DNA of 64,000 nucleotides from Octopus sinensis (GCF_006345805.1 NC_042998.1:164052001-164116000); one strand, 5' to 3'. Positions 48,050 to 61,927 are shown, numbered from the stretch's first letter. Made by a program: numbers and translations. The notes: a model not told the origin generated them from the sequence alone.

Positions 48050-48485
48050 GCGTGTAAGAATATATAGTATATATATGTATATATATGTGTATACATATAT
48101 ATATGTGTATACATATATATATACATATATATACATGTATATATATGTATATATATGTGTATACATATATATATATACATATATATATATACATGTATAT
48201 GTATATATATGTATATACATATATATATATACATATATATGTATATATGTATATATATGTATATATATGTATATACATATATATACAATTATATATATGT
48301 ATTATATATATACATGCATACATACATACAATATATATACACACACACATGCATATATAAATTGATAGACAAACAAACAAACGCATACATACATACTTAC
48401 ATACATACATACATACACAGATACATACATACATACATACATACATACATACATACATACATACATACATACATACATACGTAAT
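47820..48485. repeat. Extended compound (TA/TG/CATA)n microsatellite tract
   Basis: Direct reading; source of many spurious ORFs. Confidence 0.95.
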
Positions 48486-48917
48486 ATACATAGTTATATA
48501 TTTCAAACTGAGAAACACGCTTGTGAGCGCATACAATCGATCTTGTTAGTCAGGTACCCTTGGGTATGACGCTACTGTAATATCTGACATTAAAATACAT
48601 CATTACCATTCCAAAGCACCAAAGGTCCGCAGCTTTGATCCTTTGTTGTTTGTTGCAATATAAGGAATGGTAGAATCTACAAGTCCTAAAGTGCTTGAGG
48701 GATGGTGAGGCACATCATGAATTGGAATTGGAAAGATGGAATGACATGTTGAGGTTAAAGTATATGATATTTAGTTTAGATTGTTGCTGTTGTTTAGCCC
48801 AAGGTCAGCCTTGATAGAGCAGATCTGTGGTAAAAAGCATCCTTGGTTCGGCCATCTTTTGGTGAGTATCTATATGTATATATGTATATTATATGATGTG
48901 TTCCTTCTCTTTTTTTC

Positions 48918-49581
48918 AACGCGTTAGGGAGTTATATGAGAGAGATTTGGCTTTTATTTCTTGCAGACCATGCGATCGTATAGAGCAGCGATTCCCAACC
49001 ATTTTCCTTTTATCCATGGACTACTTTGATTATTATTTTGTTCTTGTGGAACCCCATAACCATTTGATGTCTAAAATTTAGTTTTATATATTCATATGTT
49101 TTTAAATTCTTTTAACGAGTTAAGGGGATATTTGAGAGAGATTTGGTCTTTATTTCTTGAAGACTATGCGATCGTATAGAACAGTAATTATCAACAACTT
49201 TTTTTTCATCTATGGACCCCTTTGAATACTATTTAATTCTTGTGAATCCCCATAACCCTTAGATGTTTAAAAAAACTAGTCTTATATATTTATGTATTTA
49301 AATTCCTATTTTGTTTTTCACGCCTTTACTTGCGTAGGTTTGTCATAGCACCCTGTGAGAGACCATGTTTCAGTGTCTGAAAATATGCCAAATTATATAA
49401 AACGTTTTAAAGAAAACTAGCGGTCTCATCTACGATTCATTTATAGATCATAAAGCAACATTATTTTCATGGACCCTTAAAATACTACTGTGTGTCCTTA
49501 GTTTAATGTTTTCCTTGAATGAGCCCTCGACATTCTTATATGGACCCCTGGGGTCACATGGATCCCGGTTGAGAACCGCTG
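48918..49581. mobile_element. hAT MITE (49182-49581) with an upstream ~197-bp duplication of flank plus left end
   Basis: Right TIR ggttgagaaccgctg; left ends cagcgattcccaacc (48986) and cagtaattatcaac (49182); 8-bp flanks gtatagaa and gtagagaa. Confidence 0.7.
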
Positions 49582-49781
49582 GTAGAGAAGTTCTCTTGGT
49601 AGAATATATAAAATGACAGTGCACAATTTAATTTTCCATTTCTATGTTCTGGAATCAAATATCACCAAAGTTAGTTTTGTCTTTCACGCAGGCAATTCAC
49701 CGTTTTCATCCATCTGGATACATGGAAAATACAAAAGAAAGGAATGAAAAGGGAGAGAGAAAGAGAGAGAGAGAGAGAGGC

Positions 49782-49824
<43 letters not shown>

Positions 49825-50220
49825 GAAATAGATATATAAATAGATTGTTAGAGAGAGAGAGGAAAAGAGAGAGAAAGAAGTCATTCGCAGAGGATAGCAG
49901 AGGTTTTCTTGGCCAACCTGCAATCATGTCACTCTGACCTCATGTTAAAAGAGCTCTCGCCGAGCACGAGCACATTTTTCTCCTCCCGCACACTAGTTAC
50001 TGGTATTTGGCATAACGGCTTATATAAACTAACATGTTGCTCAACTTATAAAATAATGACTGGCTTTATATAGGAGTAGCATGAAGTCAGACAAAGTCGT
50101 ACAACCCCCAGCTAACCAATGCGACTGTAAAATAGTGTAGCAGTGTAATAGAGTACTATATCATTGAAAAGTTCTAGGATAGTGCTATAACACTACGTTA
50201 ATGTAACAGTATTGTGATAA

Positions 50221-50560
50221 GTGAAGGCACATGGCTCAGAGGTTAAAACGTTAGGATCACAATCATGAGGTAGTGAGTTCGATTCCGGGACCGGGCTGTG
50301 TGTTATGTTCTTGAGTAGGACACTTTATTTCATGCTGTTCCAGTTCACTCAGCTATAGAAATGAGTTGCAACGTCACTGGTGCCAGGCTGTATCCGCCTT
50401 TGCTCTTCCCTTGGATAACATCGGTGGCGTGGAGAGGGGAGGCTGGTATTCATGGACGACTGCTGGTCTTCCGTAAACAAACTTATCCGTACTTTTGCCT
50501 CGGAGGGTAACTTTCTAGGTGCAATCCCCATAGTCATTTGTAACCGAAAGAAGTCTTTAT
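50221..50560 (+). mobile_element. SINE family C variant
   Basis: gaaggcacatggctcagaggtt...gagttcgattccggg...ccagttcactcagct; tail matches 16112-16460. Confidence 0.85.
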
Positions 50561-51199
50561 CCCTTTTTTATTGTGTAGCGGTGCAATAAAGTCGTGATAC
50601 AATAGCGTACGGGGTGTGCCAATGACGTAAGAGCAATGTTTGTTGATGTTTTAAACTTTAGGTCAATTCTGATCAAAGAGAGAAAGAGAGAAGAGAGAGA
50701 GAGGGGGGGAGAGAGAGAAAAGATGGGTGTCTCAAGGCGTTTCAGTAGTAACCGTCGGTTTTTATCTCCCATATACTTCTAGCTAAGACTACATTATGCA
50801 ATTTCTCATTCATTTTCATGACAGGAAGGTGTCATTTAAAATATGTTTGACGGCTATTCCTTGCAGGTTTTCTCCGTTGTTCGTATTAGGGTGTAGCTTG
50901 TAATGGCCCCTTTAAATTGCAAGCAAATAGCATTTCCTATGAATGCGTTTTAATAATTCAATCGCTAACTTGGTTGTAACATTCAACATTTGGGAAAACC
51001 GTTTTAGATTATTCGTTAAGCCTTTAATAAAAATGATAATATTCCTTTATTTATTTGGCAACAAGAACTCATACACACGATGCAAAATATATCTTACAAA
51101 ATATGGGTGACATAACACATAAATACATATGTAAACAGAAAATAGAGTATATTCAAGCAGAAATACTGCTACACTTATATGCAGAGTAAGATTCACTTG

Positions 51200-51238
51200 T
51201 GGGAAAGATTTGGTAGACAGAAACTGAGAAGCCCATCG

Positions 51239-51322
<84 letters not shown>

Positions 51323-51760
51323 TATATACATATATAGATACTATAAATATATATACACGTACACACACAAATATATATATATGCACATACATAGAAATAT
51401 ATATACATGCATATACATATACGTACATATATATAATACATATGAATACATATATCTATGTATATATGTGTGTGTGTTTATATATATGTATACAAGTATA
51501 GATACATGCATAAATATATACATGTGTATAGCAATAAATATACATGTATATACATACACACACATATACATACACATACTCATATATGTATGGGCTTTTT
51601 TGTGTTTGCTTTTGTTCTTCCGCCGCTTGATAACCGATGTTGATTTGTCTACACCCCATAATTTAGTGGTTCAGAAAGGGAGAATAAGTACTAGACTTAA
51701 AATATGTACTGTGACCCAACATGGTCGCAGTCTAATGAGTAAAACAAGCAAAACTGTAAA
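51200..51760 (+). mobile_element. SINE family A with a greatly expanded internal microsatellite
   Basis: gatttggtagacagaaactgagaagccc, ~350 bp of (TA/CA)n, then ccgcttgataaccgatg...agaataagtactagac. Confidence 0.65.
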
Positions 51761-52489
51761 AAAAAACAAGGTATAGTAGGGCAGTATTTAATTAAAATTA
51801 CCATCTATGCATAATACTTAATTTAGGGACACTATCGTTACGCCAGTTACTGCGGTATTTGTCCTGAGGTAACATATCTAAAACAGAGTAAATATAAGAG
51901 AGAAAGAAAATTTCGTTCCAGCGATGGCCAGCAAGAAGGCCAGATGCATTTCGGTATTTTTGAGCCATTTCAATGGCGCATACTCGCAGCTAACCACATG
52001 CTCAGACGAGAAATCATCCTCTCCATTATAGGAAACAATGAATAAATCATTCACGGATGTTGCAAGGTGTTTTCACTGGCCGCTGCTAGGACAAATTTTC
52101 GTCTCACTTTGATATTGATTGTATTTTTAACATAGCAGATCACGAGAGATTTTATCTTGGGACAAATACGGTAGCAATTGGCCTATCAACAGTTTATATA
52201 CATAAACTATGATACATAGATTGCTATTACGACAATGTGATTATTTAGAATGATCCTGATTGATGAACGATTGCTCACTGGCCTGAATTAACTGCTAGAA
52301 AGTCAGTGTAACACGAGGTACCCATGCGTATTTATTTTCAAAGATTTATTTCCTTTCATATATATAACGTTGAACTTTGATACACTAGCAACTGCAAAAA
52401 GCAAAAAACAAAAAAAAGAAAACCCAAAACAAGCAAACTAAATTTTAAATCAAAGATTTATCTGCTAATTGGTAGCTATAACATTCTCT

Positions 52490-52912
52490 ATTAATACCGG
52501 ATCAAAATCTTTAGAGGAGCGAAGAACATTTCGTGGTATTTTGTTACGTATCTTTAGAGTTCTAAGTTCAATTCTCGCTGAAATAAACTTTACTTTTACC
52601 CTTAATCGTTCTACGATCAAAAAATAAAATACTGAGTTCGACATAATTGGTTACTCCCATCCCCCAAATTTGAAAACTCATTAGCCTTAAACCATGTGAA
52701 GACAGCAGGTTGGCAGAAAAGACAGAGCGCCGGATCAAATGCTTTCTTTCCGGTTATTCAAGTTCCAAGTTCTAATCCTAACGGGGTCAGTTTGATGCGA
52801 CTCTTCATCTGTAGTCGATAAATTAAGTACCAGTCAAGTACTGAGGTCGATATAATCGATTCTACACTTCTCTCTCAAAATTTGTGGCCCTCTGCTTATG
52901 TTCGAAATCAAT
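52490..52912 (+). mobile_element. Two diverged SINE B copies (52490-52650 and 52705-52912)
   Basis: gttctaagttcaattc..., ggttggcagaaa...gtcgataaattaagtaccagtcaagtactgaggtcg. Confidence 0.55.
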
Positions 52913-52993
52913 TCTGAGTCATATTAAGATATACAACACATCGAGGTAAATTGATTCCTCCTTCTTTCATATCCCGCTGCTTTGATTACTCTC

Positions 52994-53045
<52 letters not shown>

Positions 53046-53398
53046 TCTTGCTATCTCCCTCTTTTCCTTTTCTTTCAGTTGCACATGGTCAATGCTCTAA
53101 AGGGAGGTTCTAGAAATTGAAACACTAGCAATGTAATTATTGATTGAACATATTACCAATGGAGCAAACACGAAGTAGAAATCTAAGGCTGGAGAATAAT
53201 TTGGATACGAAAAAAGAGAGGAATGAAGAAAACATGCTCTTTCTCTCTCTCACACATATAATACACACACACACACTCACACACGCATATTCACACATGC
53301 ATACATGCATACATACGTACGTACGTACATACATACATACATACGGACATACAGATGTACGCGCACATAGACACACATATAACATCGGACCTATCAAT

Positions 53399-53498
53399 NN
53401 NNNNNNNNNNNNNNNNNNNNNNNNNNNNNNNNNNNNNNNNNNNNNNNNNNNNNNNNNNNNNNNNNNNNNNNNNNNNNNNNNNNNNNNNNNNNNNNNNN
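53399..53498. other. Assembly gap, exactly 100 N
   Basis: N run; true size and adjacency unknown. Confidence 1.
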
Positions 53499-53499
53499 A

Positions 53500-54000
53500 A
53501 GTAGGAGTAAGAATAAGAACAAACATGAGGAAGTGAGTGAAGTGCATCTTACTATAATGATTTGGGTATAGTAAAGGGAAATAAGATACAGACTTTCCGT
53601 GATGTATTACAAGATCCATGTTATTTCGTCCCATAGTGGATAGGTGAATATAATCGTTCACAGGAGGAGTTTTTTCAGGAAGGATAATTTTAGGCAGTAG
53701 TTCAACATTATGTTTACATAGAACTTCAGTGGTGGTTTTGAAAGTATGGTCCGAGTTACGGAGGTGAAAGTTTATATGTAAAGTGCCAGTTGGTAGGTGC
53801 AACGTTGCGGAAGTTATGGTATAAGCAGCTTATGATGATGAACCCATCTTGGGAAATTTGGTATATGAGTGCATTAATGAGAGAAAGGAATCAGGTGGGG
53901 CCAAAGTGCGATGTTAGTGTTCGTTACTCTTTGCCGATCAACAAGTCTCGGAATCCCTATGTATAGTGGCTGGGTCATGGTCAGTCATACAACCTAATTG
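53500..54000 (-). pseudogene. Possible decayed LINE APE endonuclease region
   Basis: Minus-strand frames give STMGRNNMDLVIH (resembles the PT..S.IDL motif) in C/A-skewed sequence; weak. Confidence 0.3.
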
Positions 54001-54570
54001 GTCAGCTTCTTTATTTTTTTGAAAACCATGACGTGGTTCTTGTTCGTTGATGGTTAACAAATAAAACAAAACAAACCAAATAAAAAATATATTATTTGTT
54101 AACCATCAACAAACCAGATCTAATACAAAGGAATAAATTAGACATAGTAGAATGTTTACCAGCTGATGTCTGTCGATTTTGTATCCTCTCCACTTTTTTA
54201 TTTGCCATATAAATCAAGGGTAAACCATTTTTACCCCCGCCCATATATAACACTCAATTGCGAGATTGCCACGTAATAATTAGCACTTGAGTATAAATAA
54301 TTGGGTACACTACCAGTAATATATTGGACAGGTACTATCACTTAGTTGGTTTCTCAACCTCTAACTCACACAGAAACATACACACACACACACACACACA
54401 CCACACACACACACAACACACACACAATACATATATATCGTTTTATAACATAGGCACTACAATATTCTATAATATATACATATGTGTGTATATGTATATA
54501 TGTCTTATAATACAGATAGTATAATAAATATATATACATAAATGCATACATACATACATACATACATACA

Positions 54571-54603
<33 letters not shown>

Positions 54604-54654
54604 TTGTTTATGCTACGTAACTAAATCTAACCTTTAGTCATAGTGTGTTTATAA

Positions 54655-55540
54655 ACAATGCCTCCATGGACAGTTAAGAAAGGTGATGTCATTGATGAAA
54701 TCCGAACAAATGTGGAGCCAGTTCAGCCTACGTTCCGTTGACGTCCATCCCTTTCTCCCCTCTGTGAACGTCCGGTCGTCCAAAACAATGGGACGCTATC
54801 CAGTATAGTACAACCGCGGTCGAGCTAGTGCGCCGACTTGACCAGCACCGCCTGGCAATGTTTCCACTCAGTCTCCGAGCCTCACAGCGGAGCTTGGTTC
54901 AATGCGGTGCCATCACTCACAACTGGCATTCAGCTTGATAGCGATTGCATGCACATTGACGTTTCCCTGAGGCTTGGTCTCCAGATCTGTGGGCCTTGTG
55001 AATGCCGCGGCAGATCCATAGCGCATTCTTTCAGTCTTAATTCATTATCCTGCCGTCATAGTGCTGGTCGGCTTCCATGCCATGCCGCCCTGAACAAGAT
55101 CATAAAGCACGGCCTAGACGCTGTAAGCTTCCATTCCCAGCTCGATCCAGCAGTACTAGACCGAGGGGACGGTAAAAGGCCGGAGGGTTTGACAATTCTC
55201 CCGTTCCGTGGCAGTAGTCCCCTCATCTGGGATGCCACTTGCTGTGACACCTTCTCCAGTGGCAACTTCTCCAGTGTGTTCAGTCACCATGCCAGGCTCC
55301 GCTGCCCGCCAGGCTGAGAAAAACAAGCTATCAAAGTACCAGTAGCTTTCCGGCAGTTTTATGGTCAAGCCTGTGGCAGTGGAGACCTCCGGCGTTCTGG
55401 GACCCCGGATCATATCCCTGCTGATCGCTATCGGGGCAAAGATTGTTGCTTCAAGTGCGATCCCAGTGAGTCAGAGTGACTGTTTCGATGCATCTCCGCA
55501 CTAACCTCCCGGACATCACCTTTTCCACTTTGTCTGCTGG
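54655..55540 (+). mobile_element. CRE-like RLE non-LTR retrotransposon 3' fragment
   Basis: PKQWD, SGAWFNAVP, VSLRLG..C..CEC, LSCRHSAGRLPCHAALNKIIK, LDRGDGKRPEGLT...LIWDATCCDTF, AEKNKLSKY, PVAVETSGVLG. Confidence 0.75.
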
Positions 55541-55544
55541 GGCT

Positions 55545-55702
55545 ATATGTAATTCCACCGAGGTCGACTTTGCCTTTCATCCTTTCGGGGTCGATAAATT
55601 AAGTACCAGTTACACACTGGGGTCGATATAATCGACTTAATCCGTGTGTCTGTCCTTGTTTGTCCCTTCTGTGTTTAGCCCCTTGTGGGTAGTAAAGAAA
55701 TA
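55545..55702 (+). mobile_element. SINE B 3' part with extended tail
   Basis: aattccaccgaggtcgactttgcctttcatcctttcggggtcgataaattaagtacc...gccccttgtgggtagtaaagaaata. Confidence 0.85.
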
Positions 55703-55839
55703 TATATGTAATGTTGAACTATGATATAGTTGGGTGACGAGCAGGGAGAAGATAAACACGATTTTCCATTAAAATACGTTTCATATGTAAATTGGATAGC
55801 CCGAATCACTAATGGCTTAGTAAGACAAGGTGTTTATAA

Positions 55840-55982
55840 AGGCAGCGAGCTGGCAGAAACGTTAACATGCCGCGCAAAGTACTTAACAGCATTCATCCGT
55901 CTTTGTGTACTGAACTCTAATTCCGCCGAGATTGACTTTGCCTTTCATATATCGGGGTCGCTAAAATAAGTACCAGTGAAAC
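55840..55982 (+). mobile_element. SINE family B
   Basis: ggcagcgagctggcagaaacgttaac...gactttgcctttcat. Confidence 0.75.
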
Positions 55983-56264
55983 CAATATAAAAGGTTTATA
56001 AACAGGGTCCTCTTAATTAGTGTATTCAGACATTTTCTCATTTGCGGAGATATTGCATATAAATGTACAGCATTTACATCTATGCAAACATAAAGTGTTT
56101 GCTAAAATCTATAGACATATTCTACAGGTAAAATAAAAACAAAAATGGGGAAAACAACAGAAGTCCTAAGGACGTACACAGTGAATAAATTAGATTGAGC
56201 CTCGAGAAAGTTTAAGATGGAAAAAGAGGGGATATATATATATTACTTGTTTCATTCGACCCCA

Positions 56265-56404
56265 AGTATTATGTTAAAATCTGATGCTTATTCCATAGGT
56301 TTCATTTTATTGAACCACTAGTTACGGGGACGTAAGAAACCAACAAAGCTTGACAACTGGGGCTGAGAAACAAGCATAAATACACAGTCATACTATATAT
56401 ATAG

Positions 56405-56467
<63 letters not shown>

Positions 56468-56620
56468 CATTACTCAGCAGGCTTCTTTCAGTTTCTCTCT
56501 ACAAAATCCACTCACAAGGCTTTGTTCCACCCGGGGCTATAACAGAAGACACGTTTACGAAGTTTCTTGAAGTGTGATTGGGAAACTAACTTCGTGCCAC
56601 TCAGCCATACGTGTGCCTAA
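56265..56620 (-). mobile_element. SINE family A, diverged
   Basis: tacttgtttcattcg...ctttcagtttctctctacaaaatccactcacaaggctttg. Confidence 0.6.
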
Positions 56621-56629
56621 TATATATGC

Positions 56630-56925
56630 GTGTGTGAGTGGGCATGGTTTAATGCTTAAGGTATTCGGCTCATGATCGTAAGGTTATGAGTTCGATACCC
56701 GGGCGGCGTGTTGTGTCCTTAAGCAACATGATTTATTTCACGTTGCTCCAGTCTGTTCAGCTGGCAAGAGTGAGTTTTATCTGTATTTTACAGGGCCAGC
56801 CTTCTCACATTCTGTATCACGCTGAATCTACGTTAAGGATATGTGTGTCTGTGGAGTGCTCAGTCACTTGTATGTTAATTTCCCGAGCAGGCTGTTTCGC
56901 TGATTGGATCAAGTGGAACCGACAG
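56630..56925 (+). mobile_element. SINE family C variant with long tail
   Basis: gcatggtttaatgctt...gagttcgatacccggg...gtccttaagcaac...cagggccagcc...gagcaggctgttt; same tail as 61470-61772. Confidence 0.8.
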
Positions 56926-56954
56926 ACACAGTTTTATATACGTGTATATGTATA

Positions 56955-56999
<45 letters not shown>

Positions 57000-58058
57000 G
57001 CGCGCACGCAGAGTCAAGGTGGAGGAAAAGGGGTCATGAGAAAAGCAAGGATATTTGTAAGGTAAATGAGATGTATGTGTAATGAGAGATCACAACACAA
57101 AGTTAAAAGAAAAGAAAAAGCGAGGACAGGTACATGAAGAGATTTATTCTCAAACAAATAAATATCGAGTTGCAGGTGTGAAAAGCACATTAGTGTGTGT
57201 GTGTGTGTGTGTATGTGCACGAACGAATGTATGTATACATGTGTAAATGTATGTGTGTGCATATATATGTGTATATATATATACATATATATATACATAT
57301 ATATATAATTATATATATATATATATATATGTACGTACAGTCATTCATACATGCATTCATATATATATATATATTAGATGTATGTATGTATGTATGTATG
57401 TACCTATTTGCCTTATGTGCATACACGTGTATGTGTGTGTGCGCGCGTGTGTGAGTGTGTGAGTGTGTGTGTGTATGCATATATGTATGTTTATGTGAGT
57501 GTGTTTGCATACACACAGGTCAGGTATATCATACGTAAATATAAGCACACGTGTGTGTGTGTGTAAACGTTAATAGCTATACACCTGCAATATTTACACG
57601 CGCATTAAACTTATGCTAAGTTATACGAACTTCAACAAAATATCGCATACATTACATGTAATTTATTCATAGTGCGGGAGAATAGAAAGTGAGCAGATGG
57701 CATGTGTGCGAATATACGCACCTGTGTGAGTGTTTATGAGCGTTCTTGCGTCTTTGTGTATGTGTGCAAGGACCCGAGAACCGGGGTTGCACTTGCACCC
57801 CCTAAAATTTTGTGGGGATGCAAAATACAATATTGCACCCCCCTACTCACCTTACCTAGGCTTAGAAAATAATGTTTAAAAGTTGATCTGTAAAAAGTTG
57901 CTTGAAGTTAGGTTTCTTCACAAAACAAGAACAAAGAAAGCAAAGAACAAAATAAATAAAAAGGAAAACTCCTCAAAATATCTAGAAAGATTTATTACGG
58001 AACTAAAGCATGCTCCGCATAAAAATTATGTGTGTGTGTGTGTGTGTGTGTGTTGTGT

Positions 58059-58116
<58 letters not shown>

Positions 58117-58367
58117 GTTGAAAAGGAACACACGAGTTGATATATATGGGAAAAAAGTCAAGATAGAAAATGCTAAAATAATTTTATAAAAAACTTTTCA
58201 GTACCGGTTCCATCCATTGAGGCCTTTTCAACTGTAAGTATGGAAAGCAATTAAATTTTGGAAAAATTAAAAGAAAAGTTTTTTAAAAGGATATTTGCAT
58301 AGTATTCAAATACAAGGGGCATTTTCCTTGTTTTTGCCTGTCTCTGTCTCTCTTGTTTACTCTTATA

Positions 58368-58666
58368 GGAGCAGGAGTGGTTGTGTGGTAAGAAGCTTGC
58401 TTCCCAACCAGATGGTTCCGGGTTCAGTCCCACTGCATGACACCTTGGCAAGTATCTCCTACTATAACCTCGGGTCGACCAAAGCCTTGTATATATGTGT
58501 GTGTGTCTGTCTGTCTGTCTATGTCTGTATTTGTGTCCCCACCATTGCTTAACACCCGATGTTGGTGTGTTGACATCCCCATAACTTAACGGTTCGACAA
58601 AATGAACCGATAGAATAAGTACTAGACCTACAATGAATAAGTCCTGGGGTCGATTTGCTCGACTAA
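58368..58666 (+). mobile_element. SINE family A
   Basis: ggagcaggagtggttgtgtggtaagaagc...ggttcagtcccactgc...ggggtcgatttgctcgactaaa. Confidence 0.85.
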
Positions 58667-58712
58667 ATATATATCAATATAAGAAGTATTGGGGGCGAAC
58701 AACAACGAAGGC

Positions 58713-59290
58713 CACTCCTCAATACTAGTACAACTGATGAATTATTAAGCCCCACAGTCAAGAGCCCTTCACAGTTCAGCTAACTACTTCCTCATTTTCT
58801 TGAAATAACACAAGCGACCCATCATCGTCATTTTCATCATGTTCTACTGCTACTACCGTTACTACAACTAAACAATAGCAATAACAACAAGATCAACACT
58901 GAAAGTCACTCTTCAATACTAGAACAATTGATGGCCTATTAAACTCCACAATCAAGGGCCCTTCGTAGTATAGCTACCCACTTTCTCATTTCCTCTGAAT
59001 ACCATAGCTGGCACATCATCATCATTGCTATCATATTTTATTGCTACTAACCTTGTCACAACTAAACAATAGCAACAAAAACAAGATGAGCATTGGAAAT
59101 CACTTCTCAATTCTAGAACAATTGATGACCTTATTAAACAACACAGTCCCTAGCTGCTCTTCGCCACAGTCAGACCACCCAAATTCTTAGAGTAACATAA
59201 GAGATTCATCTTCACCATTGCCATCCTATTGTATTGTTATCACCATTACTGCTACTACTACTACAACTACTACTACTACTACTACTACTG
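58713..59290. repeat. Old diverged tandem repeat, 194-bp period, ~3 units
   Basis: cact(c/t)(c/t)tcaat(a/t)ctag(t/a)acaa(c/t)tgatg at 58713, 58907 and 59101; aactaaacaatagcaa recurs. Confidence 0.75.
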
Positions 59291-59991
59291 CAATTAGGGA
59301 AGAATCACTCCCATCTTCCTGTTACTGCCCACCTCAATCTGAATGTATACATCTGCCAAGAGGAAATAAAATAAAATTATGAACACACGAAGCCCCAAAA
59401 TATGACGTTATTCTCAACGCAATAGACTATGCATACGCAGTGACTGTAACTTCACCCATTTACCTGGTACAAGACGCACAATTCGTACAAGCAATACCAG
59501 CCAATGCCAAGCCACACATCTTACAACAACAACACCACTAAATTACACTTAATAACTTCTACATATATAACCCGAAATCTTTAAAATCTGTTTCTATTCT
59601 CAACCGACTCTTTGTCCTAGGGCTCGGGGCTGTGATATTCAAGGTTTCCTACCTACCTTTGTATTTCTGAATTTTGTGAGTGGTAAACTTAACCTGTCGT
59701 CCGGTTTAACATCGCCGTTTGATCCTTAGGTTCCTTTTATATAGATTTTATACAGATCGTAAATATTGGGATAGGCTCTACAATTTAAGGGTCAACATCC
59801 TCCCTTCATCTCACCACTCTTGGCAGCCCTATAAAATGATGACATAGCTGTTACCCTAACGAATCTGATTAGTCTGTAAAAATATTTTTTTTAAATGAAG
59901 CCTATATTGTCTAATGTGTCCTTCCAATATTAATATTTTGATTTAAGAAATTTCGTAAGCTATTTCTAGCAAATTCAGTGACTAAGTAGAT

Positions 59992-60110
59992 CAGGCATGG
60001 GCAACTTCTTTGGGAAGGGGGCCGCATGAAACATGGCTCTCTTCATCACATGGGGACGATAAAATAATTTATAAGTGCGGCTCCCCTGAAAAAAATTTTA
60101 ATGAAGATTA
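59992..60110. mobile_element. Possible hAT MITE left end
   Basis: caggcatgggcaac...gggggccgcat after agtagat; partner end not found. Confidence 0.35.
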
Positions 60111-60162
60111 TGTCGTCTGTGTCCTTCCTACATTCTTAATATTTAAATTTTTTGAGGAAGAC

Positions 60163-60342
60163 GTGAGCTGGCAGAATCGTTAGCACGCCAGGCGAAATGC
60201 TTAGCGATATTTCGTCCCTCTTTGTGTTCTGAGTTCAAATTTGCTCGAAGTCGACTTTGCCTGTCTTCAGCATTGGAGGTCGATGCAATCGAATTAACCC
60301 CGCCACCAAAATTATTGGCCTTGTGCCAAAATTTGAAGCCTA
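60163..60342 (+). mobile_element. SINE family B
   Basis: gtgagctggcagaatcgttagcacgccaggcgaaatgcttagcg...gtcgactttgcc. Confidence 0.8.
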
Positions 60343-61469
60343 CGTTCATTATTCATATAGTTACATACACACCGATACACGGGCAAACACGCGCGCGCGC
60401 GCGCACGAAACACATAAATTCTCACTTACAAACACGCCTACACGAGTACATAATTACACATAAGCGCGTGCGCTGTCAGAAATTCAAAGCAGGTAATTAA
60501 AAAGTGTTTCGTTAGCTTCTAGAGGTCACGTTTCTCTGTGGGTCTGGAAAAAAGAGATCGCATTCGCAAGAAATCCTACAGATATTTTAATTGGCAGAAT
60601 AATTAGGAGCTCTCTACAATTTCATGGTTTCAAGTATATATATGGTAACTATTTCAGAACGTTCTTGACTTTAACGCATCATTCGATATTGTTGAGCTCA
60701 CCAAGCTAATTTTTAAGCTAAATTATATTATTCATTGCAATCAGATCTTGTATTTTCTCAGCTAGTTATGCGTTAACAGCGTTTTGATTCAATGCTTCAC
60801 TCATATTTTCCCAATTCTGGGTTTGATCTTAATAATTAATATGTAAGGCTAAGCATCCAAACCTTTCCCTCTGTTTATCTAACTAGGACAGTAACACAGT
60901 TATTTTCCAAGTCTTGCACTCCAGACTTTTTTTCACATAAGTCTTACACTGCTATTGATATTGCTATGAAGATGATACAGTTACAGTTTGTGTCTAATGA
61001 GAAACTATGATGAATAAGCCGACAGAAATGAAATGCTGAGAACAACTTCTTACTGAATACCATACGCTAACAAGTTAGCTTCAACAAATCAAGTGCTTCC
61101 AGGTTCGATCTCATTGAGTGACCCAACCCGTTCGGTGTCTTTTATCTGTAGCTTCAAGCTGACTTTAGTGTTGTGGGTTACCTTGAGAATATGGGAAATG
61201 TGTAAAAACATAGCATAAACTGTATTTGTTCGTGGCATCATCTTCAGCAATCCCGAGAGACCGACGATGGTTCTCCGCCGATTTTAACTTCTGTGGATTT
61301 TTATAGAACTAATGATCCGTAAGTCCAGTCGCAGTCTAGGCATTTGTTACTTCGCGATAGAAGAGGTTCTGTGTTGTTCACATCGAGTCGGTTTCTACGT
61401 TCACGTTTATCGTTGAGATGTTCGGTTTATGTTGTGTCGAAGCGTTACGCCTATCACAATACATGATAC

Positions 61470-61772
61470 CCCGTCGAATACAATAACGAGGGCCCTGGTT
61501 GATCCGATCAACGTAAGAGCTTGCTTGCGAAATTAACGTACATGAGGCTAAGCACTTCACAGACACGCGTACCCTTAACGTAGTTCTCGGGAAGATTCTG
61601 TGTGACACAGAATGAGACAAGACTGGCCCTTTGAATTACAGGTGCAACTCATTTTTGCCCGCTGAGTGGACTGGAGCAACGTGAAATAAAGCATCTTGCT
61701 CAACGACACAACGCGCCACTGGAAATCGAACTCACGAAAATCACAAGCTGAATACACTAGCCACTAAGCCAC
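61470..61772 (-). mobile_element. SINE family C variant with long tail
   Basis: Minus strand gggcgtggcttagtggctag...gagttcgatttcc...tgtcgttgagcaag...ctccagtccactcag. Confidence 0.8.
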
Positions 61773-61927
61773 GCCCATCATAGACGATCCGTCTCCACCC
61801 ACGTTTCTTATTCGCCATCGGTTTCCTCTTACAAATTTTGACGTCATACATTTTTCAAATCTTTAAATACATTGACCAAATGAAGAATTTCCAAGGTTCA
61901 GGCAACTTATATTCAATTGTATATATA

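Noticed and set aside
53137-53802. Longest ORFs in the track (221 aa and 130 aa)
   Set aside because: They read through the 100-N gap and microsatellites, so they are artefacts of N translation
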